Positions 37,731-50,900 of a stretch of DNA of 64,000 nt are shown here, one piece after another. Numbering within the stretch: position 1 is the first letter of the stretch; every line of letters begins with the position of its first letter. The stretch lies in contig CM082577.2 of the NCBI GenBank assembly GCA_040954595.2, positions 20,310,303 through 20,374,302 on the forward strand. Direction: 5' to 3'. Under the pieces are notes generated by a model. That model did not search any database and was not told the DNA's origin. It was given only the letters and a program-made list of their open reading frames with translations. The translations under genes were made by a program, and so were the position numbers. This DNA comes from Balanoglossus misakiensis. Taxonomy: Eukaryota > Animalia > Hemichordata.

Positions 37731-39047
37731 GGACCTTATGGGATCAGTTGCGTCTGTATGTATGGATGGATGTATGGATGTATGTCTGTATGTCCGTCCA
37801 CATCAAAAACTTGAAAACCGCTGCGCGTATCACCTCAATATTTGGTGTGTAGGTGCAGGCTGGGCTGTAGATTGGAGTTTGTTCAAACGAAGTTGTCATT
37901 GCTAAAAATATGCAAATTAGCTGGGGAAAACCTAAATTTGGTCAAAACTCTGAAACTCAACAACCACTGGTCAAATTGATTTGAAAATTGGCTTGCATGT
38001 ATCTTATGTCTACCTCAAACAGTCCTGTATGTTTTGAGCTAATATTATCGATTTTCTTTTTTTTATGCATTTTTTTGTATTTTTCCGTATTATTGGTAAA
38101 AAAAATCTTCATTTCTGAAAGTGATAGACCTACTTCTTTGAAATTTAGTACGAAGCTTCCTATAGGTTGTCTTCGTAACTATAGTTTTGTTCAAATTGTT
38201 GCAAAATTTGCATATTTATAATTTTGAGCAATATTTGTCATTTTTGGTCAAATTTTTTTTCTTCTCTAAAACCGCATGCCAGATTGCTTTGCAATTTGGT
38301 AGGCATGTTCCTAGGGGTAACCCAAGTAATATGTTGCTAAAAAAAATGTGATATTTGCATAAATGTGTTATTGGGGATATTTTTTCCAATTTTTGTTTTC
38401 TATGAAACTGCGTGTCACATTGCATTGTTCCTTATAGTGATTGAAGTAAGATATTGTACAATTTTGGTGATATTTGCATATCTTTTTCTCTGATTGCTTT
38501 GAAATTTAGGATACAATTTCATAACACATACATGTGCAACTTTTATTCAATTCTGATATCAGAAATATTAAATATTTAGCGAGTTTTTTTTGTAAGTTTC
38601 TTTGTTTTTGGTTAGCAAATATTCTCCTAAACCAATTCTTCAGTTGTTTTGAAAGTTACTGTTTACAATGAGTTGTTGCCCCCAACTTGGACATGTTTAC
38701 ATAGGTGTTACAGAGACCACCAGCTATTAAATTTTTAATTACCAGTGGCAGGTCAGTGAGCGTCTTTGTCTGTCTGTGTGTCTGTTCCAGGGCTGACTGA
38801 AAGAAGTTGCTTGTCATATGTGTTTGTACAGACAATTTTTGGTCAAAAATAAATTTTTCTTGCACCACTTGTAAGACTGCCATGACACATGACAGTTTAT
38901 TGGGCATGTTCCCTGTTAATTTTTTTACATTCCATATTTCTATATGGTAAGATCATATCTGCTTGCAATGTCACCTGTAATTTTTGTCCTGGTGTATCCC
39001 TATTTCTGCGTAATCCTAAAACGGGACCACAGTGTCCTTGACGCTAT
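37731..39047 (-). mobile_element. Non-autonomous Helentron/HINE-like element in the putative 3' UTR of paralog A
   Basis: Its left end is the reverse complement of 4680-4875 (microsatellite plus half of the terminal hairpin). Confidence 0.6.
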
Positions 39048-39387
39048 TTTTAAATTTTGATTTCGAAATTTTCATTCTAATTCCTCAACATACTTTTCCT
39101 AGATAAAACTAAATACAGTTATATGTACTTCATATCATTGGTATTTTCTAAGACAGAAAAAGTTCTTAAATGGGCAACCTCGATGATACAAATCATGGAG
39201 AATTGTGGGTAAAATATCGTACTGTGCCCCCAACAGACTGTTTCCTGAGGCCAAAGACTGGGGGAAGACAGTCTGTTTTGGTGGGGTGACTGACAGTCAC
39301 AAGGGGTGAAAGTCGTATACTGTTGTCCGAAAAGAGACTGTGCTTATTTTCATGAACAGCTTTGGTCTCCAACTCTAACAATATGAA

Positions 39388-41929
39388 TTACTTAAATCTC
39401 TCATTTAACCAATCCCTAATTTCATGGGACATCAACTCTAAGGGGAATTTCTGTTGCTCTGAAATCGACTTGCCCAAGTACACAACTTTCCCGCCCTCAA
39501 CAATGAAGACCCTGTCAGGAAACGCCCAAAAGATCTCGTCAAAACTGTCTTTCATGTCGTCAACCAACACAGGAATTTTGGCACTCTCTTTGAGGTCAGA
39601 GGTCAAAAGGTCAGGGAAGAGGTCAACCAAGTACCTGAAATTTAAGAGAGACTTTTATGACAATACACATTTGTTATTGATGAAAAATTGAGAAATTTGG
39701 CAGCCTCTTGGGGCTTTAACAATTGCACTTATCACACATATAAATCTGGTGTTGATAAGCCAAAAAAGCGTAGATATTGTAGTTTATACATAAAAGAAAT
39801 ATTCTGTACAGATTTAAAAAATTAAAGCATTTCTTGACATAAAAATATGCATTTTCAAAATGGGATAAAGCATTTTCTCACTTTTTGCATGTGTTTCTCT
39901 TACTCTTGGCTCAATTGTGGATCAAGTGGACATAATTTTCCAATGACATTTTAGAAGAAATGTAGGAGGGTCAATTTTGTGAATTTTATATTCGGTCATT
40001 GGCTGACACCCACCTTGCCTGTTCAATTCTTTCTTCAAGTGTATTTGCTTGATTAACCTTACTGAATTCCGGGCCCATTTTCCATCCATCAGCAGGATGT
40101 GCTTCCTTTATATAAACTATAAGAAAGTCTGCGTTTTCCTTGAATCTGGTGAAAACTGTCTTGAGAGTCTCATCATACAGCACACCCTGGAAACATAAAT
40201 ATGAGAGATTTTTAAAGCCACAGTATTTCTCGTAGGGGCAAAATTTTGTTTGAAACGGCATCTATAATTTCTAAAAGTAGATGATAATTGATACTGAATC
40301 GAACAGTCATCATCCCCAGCTCTGCTGATAAACTCATACAATTTACAATATAACGAGTGAAGAATGACTTTCTGTCCGGACAGAAAGTCACGTGAGTCAG
40401 GCTAATGTTGACACACGTGACTAGTGCGCATGCGCACTCAAATGTGAATCTATGCGGAAGAGGTTTGGTCGCCCCAAATCAAGCGACTCAGCGAAGAAAT
40501 GCGCACTAATTCGGCGAAATTTTGGGAAGATAACTTTATGGGAGAAATCAGTCGATGGAACCAGATCAAATCCGAAAATGGTCTGACCATCAAAATGTCA
40601 AAGTGGCACGTTTGCTGATCGACATGTACAACATTTCCGTTGTAAACAAACCCGCGCATCATTTCAAGTGTTACGGGCGATATTTTCGGCTTGCATGTAG
40701 CTACAATTGCCCAAACCTTTCTTACATCTTCATTATATAGTATTCCATGATGGATGTACTGGAAAAACGGGCTTTTTTCGATGATGAAAAATGGATGCAC
40801 ACGAGAAATACTGGGGCTTTAATATAACTGTTAAGAATATTGGAAAATATATTGTTCATGGTTCCAAGAATCAAAGTAGATAGTGAAATATAGTCACTTT
40901 GTGTTTGTGTTTGTGTTGGTTTTCTGAGCTGAAGTTCTGTTTTTATTGGATGGTATGTCATATTATTCCGCCTGTTGCTGAGACATCAATGCTGAATAAT
41001 TAACACCATTGCGTGATCAAGTTCCTTTGTAGTCGGATCGAAACGTCGCAACTGTTTCAAAAATACTGTTCCGAAGTGACTATATTTCACTATCTGTTAA
41101 GACTATCTTTTGTATGTATCACAGGAATTATGTCAAATTGAATGAAGGAAATAGAAAATTGCTATAAAATTTTCTTTACTTTAATTTCCATGACAACAGA
41201 ACACTTACAGAAAGCGGTGGTCAGCTTCTAGATGAAGCAATAATACACAAAGGTCTGTCTGTTCGGTAATGCAAATCTCCAAATGGTATCCTTGCTTGTG
41301 TTTCCATAGAAACCAGTTTGATATTAGGGACTTCATCACCACAGCCAATAGCAGTTTGATTGGTATCTATACCCCGATTGGGATATTGAAAGAAATCCTT
41401 GAAACAGTTGGCAATCTGTGGAAAATACAGAATATTATGCAAAAACTTCAACGGATTGATTGTTCAAGATGTTATCCTAAATTGGTGGAAAGTGGAAATA
41501 AGTTGATCAAATCAACTGTATAAAGGGACTGTATAGCTCCCACATCCTCGATCACAGTCACATTTAAACTCGTTGTCAACTAAGGAGAAGATTGAAACAT
41601 ATTATCAATTAAATTATTCTTTAACCTGAGAAGCTGTGCATGTGTCGATTAATTACCTCAGGGTCATTTGGGAAATTCCCGAATGCCAAGTCATCCAACG
41701 GAGTTTCCTTCGGAATATCCTTCTGGTGAAAGCCACAGAATAGCAAGGCCTCGGCTGTAGCTTGGCAGATAACATCAGCCATATTGGCGACAATATTGGG
41801 GTACTTCGGGTCCAACCTCTTTTCCAAGAGTTTTTGATAGATGTCTGATTGCAACAATTCGATGAACTTTGCAATGCATTTCTTCATTGTCTTCTTGTCA
41901 GTCAGGGACTTCGGATAATTATCGGCCAT
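39388..41929 (-). CDS. Iodothyronine deiodinase-like selenoprotein, paralog A (~299 aa, 4 exons)
   Basis: Exons 41929-41657, 41415-41209, 40186-40014, 39634-39388. In-frame TGA at 41221-41223 in DRPLCIIASSRS-U-PPL; ADFLIVYIKEAHPADGW; LVDDM.DSFD..FWAFPDRVFIV. Exons 3 and 4 have the same lengths (173, 247) as in paralog B. Confidence 0.9.
40878..41094. mobile_element. Small intronic TIR element
   Basis: AGATAGTGAAATATAGTCACTT ... AAGTGACTATATTTCACTATCT. Confidence 0.6.
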
Positions 41930-43348
41930 TTTCTTTTCCTTCGCTGAATGTTAGAAATGAAAAGCATAGGAGTAATATTGGCAAAAAAATGAGCACAGTA
42001 TGTACCAGTGTATGTGTGTGTATGTTGTGTATACATGTAATGTACCGGTATGTATGCATGTATGTATGCATACATACACCTCCACACGTCAGACATCAGA
42101 TGGACATTGGACAGGTGATGCAAGCACACACTTACCCTCAGCACAAAGGGCTATACCGATCCCGATTGACAACGTAACTTTATTCTTGCAGAGTGCAAAA
42201 CTTTTGCCATTTTTACTGAAGAATGTCCTCAGTCTGTTACGATTGGTAAATGTGAAAACAACTTAATCATGCCCTCAAATAATATGTTAACCACAATGGC
42301 CAAAAATAAAGACTTACAGGTACATCAAATCAGTCTGCCCCTCAAAGAATGACTCAATCATGTGAAGCTGTTCACTCATACAGCCATGTTGTCATAAAAG
42401 TTTAATATCAACAATCTTTACTGTCCACATGACTATACCATGTTTGCATTTATATTCAGTTTAAATATTGATGACCGGTGTTTCTGAACCAAAGTTCACA
42501 GATATGGATCATCCATTTAAGTTAAGACAGATTGAATTTGGTAAAAGAGACAAGTTCGACCACTTACAGGAGGTCTTCTTCAAGGTCTAAAATAATAACA
42601 TGAACAGGTAGCGTCCATATGACCGAACACATGCACACAAATGCCCAGGCTCTAACACTCTACCCGGGTGTTGGGAGCCACAACTATTTCAAGTACATGT
42701 AGGTTATACATTAACTTAATTGTACACTTTTGAGACCATACATTTACTAGTTTAACCTTTGACCCTCTGTGATAATACACTACAAGTACAAGAGTTGCAG
42801 GTCAACACTAACTCTAAAACAATTAAGCTTTTAGCAGATCTTTGCTTCTAGTTGGAGAGGTGGTATATACAGATATTTCCGTATTGTCTTATATCAGCTG
42901 TGTGTGTGTCAATCAAGAGATACTGCAAAAAGGTGAGGCAAAAATGCACAATTCTGATAAATATCTGATACAGGAGAATTAACAACACATGTTGCAGCGT
43001 ACTATAACAGTACGCACATGTGTACATGTTGTGTTTCTTCTGCATCAGATACATATCAGAATATATATATATCACGCTTTATACAACTACAATGGAAATA
43101 GTTCAGGAATAAAAAGAGTTGTTGTCAGGTGAAAATTAACTGCTTGGAATATTCAGAAAAGGTGATTTGAAGAGATTACGGAAATTACATCAAATTAATT
43201 AATCTACTAAAAGTCCTAGAGATAAACTGATCCCAATTCTAAATTGATGAACTTAGAAATTTACAACTTACAGCATCTGTTGAAAATTCCCAGTCTTTCA
43301 GTGTGACATACATGTATAACCATCCATTTTACATGCAGAGATGACAAA

Positions 43349-46300
43349 ATGCTTTTCCGTGTCTCAACGCTTTTGAAGAAACGTTTCCTGACAGTGATGT
43401 TGGCTGCACTTGCAGGAGCCCTTGTTGGTTTCCACTTAGCCAACAGAAAAACATACATGGATACACCAGACAACATTGTGTTTGTCAGAGATGAACTGCC
43501 GTACATTGTCAATATCTACAGATCAAATAATGGACATTCCCGGGAAGTCAGGTAAGATTTATACTTTGAACCTCCTTTCTGAACATTTCTGTTTCCTTAT
43601 ATATATAACTGTCTTTGACTCACATTACTACAGTAAAACTTGTCTAAATCGAACCTTGTCTCATCTGGAAACCTGCCTATACTGAACACTTTTCCCTGTC
43701 CTTTTGATATACACAGGAGAACCCTCACACATCTGTAACATTCACATATATGGTACACAGTTGTACACAGGCCTGTAACAGCCCTGTGGAATAACAGATC
43801 CTGTACTGGGTTGTGAGAATGATCTCTTGTTGTTGTGTTGTGATAACTAATGCTGTCATATAGGTATGATTCTCAGGTATGTGACAGCCATGTGCAAATG
43901 CCTGTTATATGGCTGTGAATTGTGGGATGTCACAGGGATTTTAATAATTTACACCTCAATGCCAGTATCTCACATATCAATCTACCGGTATGCTACAACC
44001 CAGTACCAGCCTATTCACAACATTTATAGTGTACCGTCCTAGTGTTCAATGCCATGTACCAACCCTGTGACATAGCTGTGCACATCCTAGTGCATGGTTG
44101 TGCCAGGTCCCCTGTGTAGAACCATGTTAAGAACCTCTTCAAACCGGACAGTGTCTTTAATCCCTTTGGTGTTCGGTTTAGACAGGTTTTACTGTATCAC
44201 AAACAGTGATGATTCAAACAACGAAATTATAGCTTGAAATATGGCAATTAATCGATAAAATACTTCAATCTTATCATCTTAAGTCGACAGACATTTTTTG
44301 AAATGGCAGCTATTGGGGCTTTAAAAGTATTATTTCTGGGTACGTGTGGTATGTTTCTTTTTTGGTGAATTACTATTTCTTACTTTTGATTGGTCTGTTA
44401 GTGTATCATTTTATTTATTTGTTGCTCAATCATCTCTCTGTTTAGTTACCGTGTCAACGATGAAGAAACAGCATTTTATTTATCTGTTGTTCATCTCTGT
44501 TTACAGTCATCATGTCAACAATGCAGGACCAGAACCCGCTACTCCAACAACAACAACAACAACAACAGACATGGCCGCAAACGTCTCCAGGAAGATTTTT
44601 CTAGACTGTGGCTCCAACGTGGCTAACACAGTCACCTTGTTTAGAGAGACTTACCCGGATGGAAAAGATTACATCATTCATTCATTTGACATTGACGAGA
44701 GACTAAATCCATTCTTTGGGTATTACACTGGGGCCAATCAAGTGTTACACTGTCCAGTTGGTGTTACAGACACTAATGGTAAGAATAGTATTGAACAGTG
44801 TGTACATGTTTATGTACAGTAAAACCTGTCTAAACCGAACCCTGTCTAATCTGAAAACCTGTCTATACCCAACACCTTTTTCCTGTCCCTTGACATATAG
44901 AACCACATGTTAATTAAAACTACCTCTATAAAGCAAACACCTCTACAAACCAAACAATTTCTTCAGTCCCTTTGGTGTTCACTTTAGACAGGGTTCACTG
45001 TATATCCATGTAGTCTATATCTCTCCATACATGTTTAACACTACGTTTAACGATTTGCTCTTACAGGCATTTCATTTTACCAGTTGCATATCAAAGGATT
45101 CCAACCAAAGAAACTCTGGTCACTGTGATCATGATTATGACATCATGATCATAATTCTGATTATGACATCATAAACGTACTGAGTGGCCAAATTAATGAG
45201 CATGGGTGTTGCTCATTAAACTACACCCATGCTCTGTGTGTACCAGTATGTGTGTGTTGTACCGTACAACTTGTTCATGTGTTTAAGTATAGAAAGTATA
45301 AGCACAAACCTTAAATCTGCCATTTTTATCTTCTCTGTCTCTCTGTCAAAGTCATGCGGGTATGCAGACTGCAGGGCTAACTGTTATACTAGGCTATCAC
45401 AATAATTTCTCAAGTTCTTCATGGTGTTCTGCTTGTAGTTTAATACCTGTGGACCAATAAAAAGTTCATTTTAATCGATTTTAAATTTGACAGCTGATTG
45501 TCTTCTTCAAAAGGAAACATGACAGCGTATTCGGAATCTGCGTGGTACCCTGGGAAACAGACATTAGGGATGGATGTGCAGTGGGGCGGGGGAGCGTTGT
45601 TTGTTGATGAGGAGGAGAAACACGCCACACTGAATGGCGGCAGACGAAGACTGTCTCATCGCAGAATTATTCCAACTGTGGATCTCTCCATGTGGATACA
45701 GAAAAACACCAAGAAAGAAGACTATGTTATATTGAAACTGGATGTTGAGGGTGCTGAATACGCCCTTCTCAGGAAAATGCTGAAAGATGGTACATTCGCA
45801 TGGATTGATAAGTAAATTACATTTACTCGCATTGATGCTTAGAATTATACTTTTTATGTGCTGTTCTTGTGATTTGTTTACAGAAGATTTTTTGCTCTTA
45901 ATACCTCAAAATCAGTTTTCTGTCAAAATGCAAAATCCTGTGTGTGTAATAAATTTGTCATGTACTATAAAATATCCCAATTATCTGTTAGAAAAATCAT
46001 TTGTCTTTCGAACTACGAGGAAAAACTCAGAACACTGCAATTACTGATGGAATATTAAATCATGCTACAATGTTCATCAACTGAGGGAAAGATGTCTGAA
46101 AAAACAAGAACATTTCACAATTATGAGACGTCATTGTTATCACAATTCTCGAATTCACACACATTTTGTGAGCATACTGACTACAATGTAATACCATGAT
46201 ATTAACCCTTTCACCCCCAGTTCCCTCTTTAGAGATCCAACCTCACATAGAAAACAATGAGTTGGGACTGAACCATGGTGGTGAAAGGGTTAAATTAAAC

Positions 46301-47596
46301 TTTCTTTCTCTAAGATTTTATGGAGAATTCCATGATTGGGAACCGACAGGAGATAGTAGACTACAGAAATATCTTATCAGACGTGATGTCATCAATGCTG
46401 GCTATGACATCATCGGGTGGGCAGCCGAAACTCGCACCTACGCAGACTTTGATGAAATCAATGTAAATAAGGTAACTATTGTACATACCTTTTTTTAAAT
46501 GTGAATATTAAAATGAAAGTATTTTTCTACTTAAAATTGAGTGGAAAATCATCCATTTTCCCTAAATCCTCCTGTCCCAGAAAGTACATTAAAAACACAG
46601 AAAACAGTCAAAATATTGATTTAAAGTGAGATTGATAAACTGCCAAATGATGAAATGTTGAAATACCTGTCTTTTAGTTTCCAGACAATATACCAGGGGA
46701 GGTTGGAAAGGTTTTAAACACCTGCAGACGAAAACGTCCCAATTTGATGGTAACCATGGTGATCGAAGTTGGCATGAATGCAAAGAGGGCGTGCAAACTG
46801 TTGAAGACGATTGAAGCCTATCCCATCAAGATACCTCTGGCGTTGTTTGTATACGGTGACTTTGTGGAAGATTTTCCGGACTTGATTCGAGAATGGAGTA
46901 GGAAGTATCTCATTGGGATTCGTGAGGATGGTCCTCTTCCGGACGGCCACTGGGAATTGCAGTACAAGAATGCCATGCGTATGTCCATAGTGAGTGCAGA
47001 AAGAAGATTGAATGAGATTGGACTGCAGGCATACTATGTGTTGCCACCAACGGTCAACACTTTTGTTTCCATAGTAGCGGAGAAGAGATCACTACGTTTG
47101 ATCCAGCCGACAGTATCATTCCCACCAAAAGGTATCAGTTATTTCAGAATTATTTTGCTTTTCATTGATTGGTTGTTTGATTGATTGATTGATCATAAGG
47201 TCGTGGATTTTGCCAATAAATGAAAACAAACTGCCAAGTAATCAAAATTGTTTTCTTTGGGAGAAACATTCAATGAAATTTATCACAACTGTGATTGGCT
47301 ATAGATCTTAAATTTCTATGGTAACAGTGGCTAAATTAGCAAACGTGACTATATCAAGTCTTTTAATCATTGTAGGTGGCAGCAGTTTTGACTGGAAGAC
47401 GTACCATGCTGTAAGGGATGTAGAAAAAGTTCCAAAAGCTCTACGTTGGATTCACAATGGTCTGAGCAGCACAGGTGGAATTATAAGCCTGGATTCTGAC
47501 TTTCCCGACAATTACATTGTGTCTGTTTTTCTGTTGGACTACTTAGTTGAAGCATCAAACTATTCCATTGCTGACTTGAAGGAGTGTATAAGGTGA
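43349..47596 (+). CDS. Type II membrane protein: FkbM/Methyltransf_21-like SAM methyltransferase plus C-terminal NodB/polysaccharide-deacetylase-like domain (~534 aa, 6 exons)
   Basis: Exons 43349-43551, 44507-44778, 45514-45811, 46315-46471, 46678-47131, 47376-47596 join in frame (1605 nt). N-terminal hydrophobic anchor, Thr-rich stem, IFLDCGSN, YVILKLDVEGAEY, FYGEFH; then ALFVYGDFVEDFPDLIRE and YVLPP. Confidence 0.82.
43631..44194. mobile_element. Tc1/pogo-like MITE with nested insert (~43710-44120); related short copy at 44817-45000
   Basis: TA|CAGTAAAAC.TGTCTAAA.CGAAC ... GTTCGGTTTAGACAGGTTTTACTG|TA. Confidence 0.8.
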
Positions 47597-47916
47597 AATA
47601 CTGGACCATATACCTTGTAGGAGTCTTGTATCTACACCAGTTTTGTCTGCTATGTATCAAAACTAACACCTAGCCTTTTATCCATGCCACATGCCCGATA
47701 AAGCCTGATACATACCCCTTGCTGGGAATTGTGAGTAACTAGCGTCCCCTTGAAGTCAATCTCATAAACTGAACAGAGTTGATTGAATGTCAGATTATAG
47801 TGAAGGCTCAGCTTATGTAATTAAAAATGAAACCCATTCTTAATAAACAAACATGAACATTGTTTGTCCAATCAATGGAAAAACAAAATCTGTGATTGAA
47901 AATTGAAGATTCTGGA

Positions 47917-50900
47917 TTAAATTCTTGTACAATATGGGTCATAGTTCAACAATGATTGTTCAGGGTCATGGTGATCAACATCGGCCCAATACGGAAACTG
48001 CAGCTGGAGATATTCCATTTTCTTGACAACTTTTGGTGTTAGTTTTTCTTCAAGAAACAGTGAACCTTCAGGGGACAAGTGAAGACCGTCCTGTAGAAAT
48101 CTCGACCAATTCTGAAAGACAGATTTCAAATCAATCTTCAGGATTTTTTTTTGATATTTTGAAATTCTTAGGATGTTTTCATTCCTATAAGCAATTTTTT
48201 GATATAATATACTAGCATTATATTATACCAGTATATTGATGGTGTAAATCACGCTATTTGATTGGTCGAGACACGACACGTGACCGTGATATATTAGCCA
48301 TATACCACAGTCATATATCATAGTCAAAGAAAATGCCTTTTTAAAATGTTTTATGCCAAGTTTCAATATACTGGCATAATATAATAGCAATAAAACACCC
48401 CCAGCCATGGTATACCACTCGATTTTGACCAGTTCAACTCTTTATACGCACTCGCTATCGCTCGTGCGTATATGTCGTGAACTGGTCAAAATCGAGTGGT
48501 ATACCATGGCTGGGGGTGTTTTATTGCTTAATTAATACCTGCCTCATTCAGGTATAAACTTCACTCCATATAGCACTTGCCTAAACAACTCGTGCTATAT
48601 GTCTCGAATTGTACCCAAATCTCTTGTATACCCACCTGTGGCGGGGGTTATTGCCTGAAAATCATTGCAAGGTAGAGCCTCAAGGGACTTTCCTAAACTG
48701 GCTTTTATGGACAGATTGCCTTTATAGATAGGTCAGTGTACGGTGTGCAATGGTGGCCACTGTACAGAGGGGACCACTAACTTAGGTTTGTATGTACTTT
48801 CTCTTTTATATCAAATTATTTGTGTTACCTGTTCTTCTTGCATGGATGTCCACAAGTTGATACATTCGACATTGTTTTCCTCGGCAACTTCACAACAGGC
48901 TGCGCTGTATTTTCCAGTCACTGAATTGTTTCTGTTCAACAAAGAACCTGGAATGGATGGAGACAAACAGAGGAAGAAAAGGATGTTGAAGTGACTGTGC
49001 AAGTCCATTAAAGCACATACAGCTGTCTATTTTACCATATTTGTAATCAATGAAATGTTTCAATCTTCTCCTTATCTTTAGTCAACAAATGACACTACTT
49101 TGACAATGTGGGGATTTTAAAGGCAATAGATCGTCTCACGCGCATGTGTGTAACTTCCCAGCAAATTTTCCGTTCAATGCATTCAAATAGTGGACTGCCT
49201 TCGCTTCCTTCCATATTTCATGCGCACCGTATAAGTAGATTCTGGTTTTGTCCCTCCTTTTCACCCAAGCTGGTGTCTTTTCACAATCTCCGACACAGAT
49301 TATGGGCGCCGCCAGGTGGTGTGGGTCACGACGTCACTTCCGGTTTAACCCGCCCTTAGTCAGCAAAACATGGTCGACCTAGCAGTGACACACGTGTAGC
49401 TTTCTGTGCGTAATTGACTTATGTTCTCGTAGGTTATGTAAAGGAAACTCCGTTTGAACGAAAAACCAATCCAATTTTTATAAGTTCATGTGTCTTAGCA
49501 TCGTTCTATGAGGAAAGACTAAGTACTACCAATTTTGTTCCGAGTTGTGATTTTTTTGTGTTTTTTCACTCTGTATGTCAGCTGGCATCATGGCGTACTG
49601 TTGCCAACGATCGTACTCTGGTGACGTAGTTTGAAGTTAGCAGGCAGACTAAACAGCGAGCGCACAGCTTTGTTATTTGTATATTATGTAATCTGTGTGA
49701 AATTGCATGGGAGCCCCAAAGCGCCCCTTTTATTTTATCAATTTCATCGTTTAGAAACTATACTATCTCATAGGCGCCTAACACATCCCTATGAAGGCCG
49801 TGGTGATTGCAACTTACTGTAATACCAAATTTTAGATTAACCCTATTACAGTCAACACGTTCCTGAAAAAGACCAACGACATTCCGCTTGCTGTGGCACC
49901 ATTCCAGCGGCAGTTAAATTTTCTTTCAAGCACTTACAGACGCCGTTTGACTTGCGTAACTAACCACATATTTACAAACATACATGTATTTCTTGAACTC
50001 ATTGTGCATAAAATAAAATAAAAATCTTTTGGTTTTCATTTATTTGCGGTTTGGTATGGGATTTTTTTAAATACTGTACATATTTGAGAAGAAAACTGAG
50101 TTGTAATAGAACGAATAGAAAAGCTGCAACGGTATGTTGGCCTACGGTAAAGCTTTTCACGCTCGGTAGCCATCATGCAGCTACGCCCCGTCGACGTATG
50201 CGCAAAGCCCCGCGGCCAGTACATCGATCCGAATAGACGGTTAAAATCGTCAAGAGAGCCGAAAATATCACAGAGAACGAACTTGGTACCAATCTGTGCA
50301 CAACTATATGTCCGGTGTCACAAAAATCGAAAATATACTACGTAAATGGTTCAAAGAAAGTGATCGGCCAGACACATCAAACGTGTGTACTTGAGGCCAG
50401 CCGGAAGTCAAATGAACGGTTACATATGCTGGAACTCCCATGGCGCTTTGCGCGTCACCCACACCACCTTGGTCGCCGCCATCTTCTCTGTTGTTCGGAC
50501 AGAGCACTGCCTTATGGGATTGACTGTTCACTAAACGTCTGTAACCAGCGGCTACAGTTGGAACATGCGTGTGAGACAAGCTAGGCGTTTTAAAACCTTT
50601 GCGCATACCACAATAGTTGTCTGTACTCTTGCAATGGGCGACTGAATAAATATGCATACCTTTTGCTGAACATTCTTTGGCCCAAGCTTTTTCATCCACT
50701 GGTGGTGGGCTGATCAAAATTATTTTCTCTTTGCTAATGTCAACAGAGGTCAGAAAAGTAATCATTTCCTGTAAGAGTTAAACACAAAATAATGGAAAAT
50801 GAATGTCGGAATACTGAATGTGTAAACATAACAGCAAATTAAACGTCCATTATTTTGCCTAGTCAGTTTAGACTGGTTTGATTTCCTCGGGGGGCCTTAA

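Noticed and set aside
39083-39135. Nearer ATGA..AA..TGAG candidate SECIS for paralog A
   Set aside because: Helix II is short and out of register and there is no helix I; weaker than 37165-37227.
40365-40390. Perfect 26-bp palindrome TGACTTTCTGTCCGGACAGAAAGTCA
   Set aside because: Intronic and probably part of a non-autonomous element; no independent evidence of function.
41513-41656. Longer exon 1 (..RHMHSFSG) plus an extra small exon in paralog A
   Set aside because: Phase is incompatible and runs into a stop. The GAG|GTAATT donor at 41657 gives an in-frame join matching paralog B's DPD|GTAAGT.
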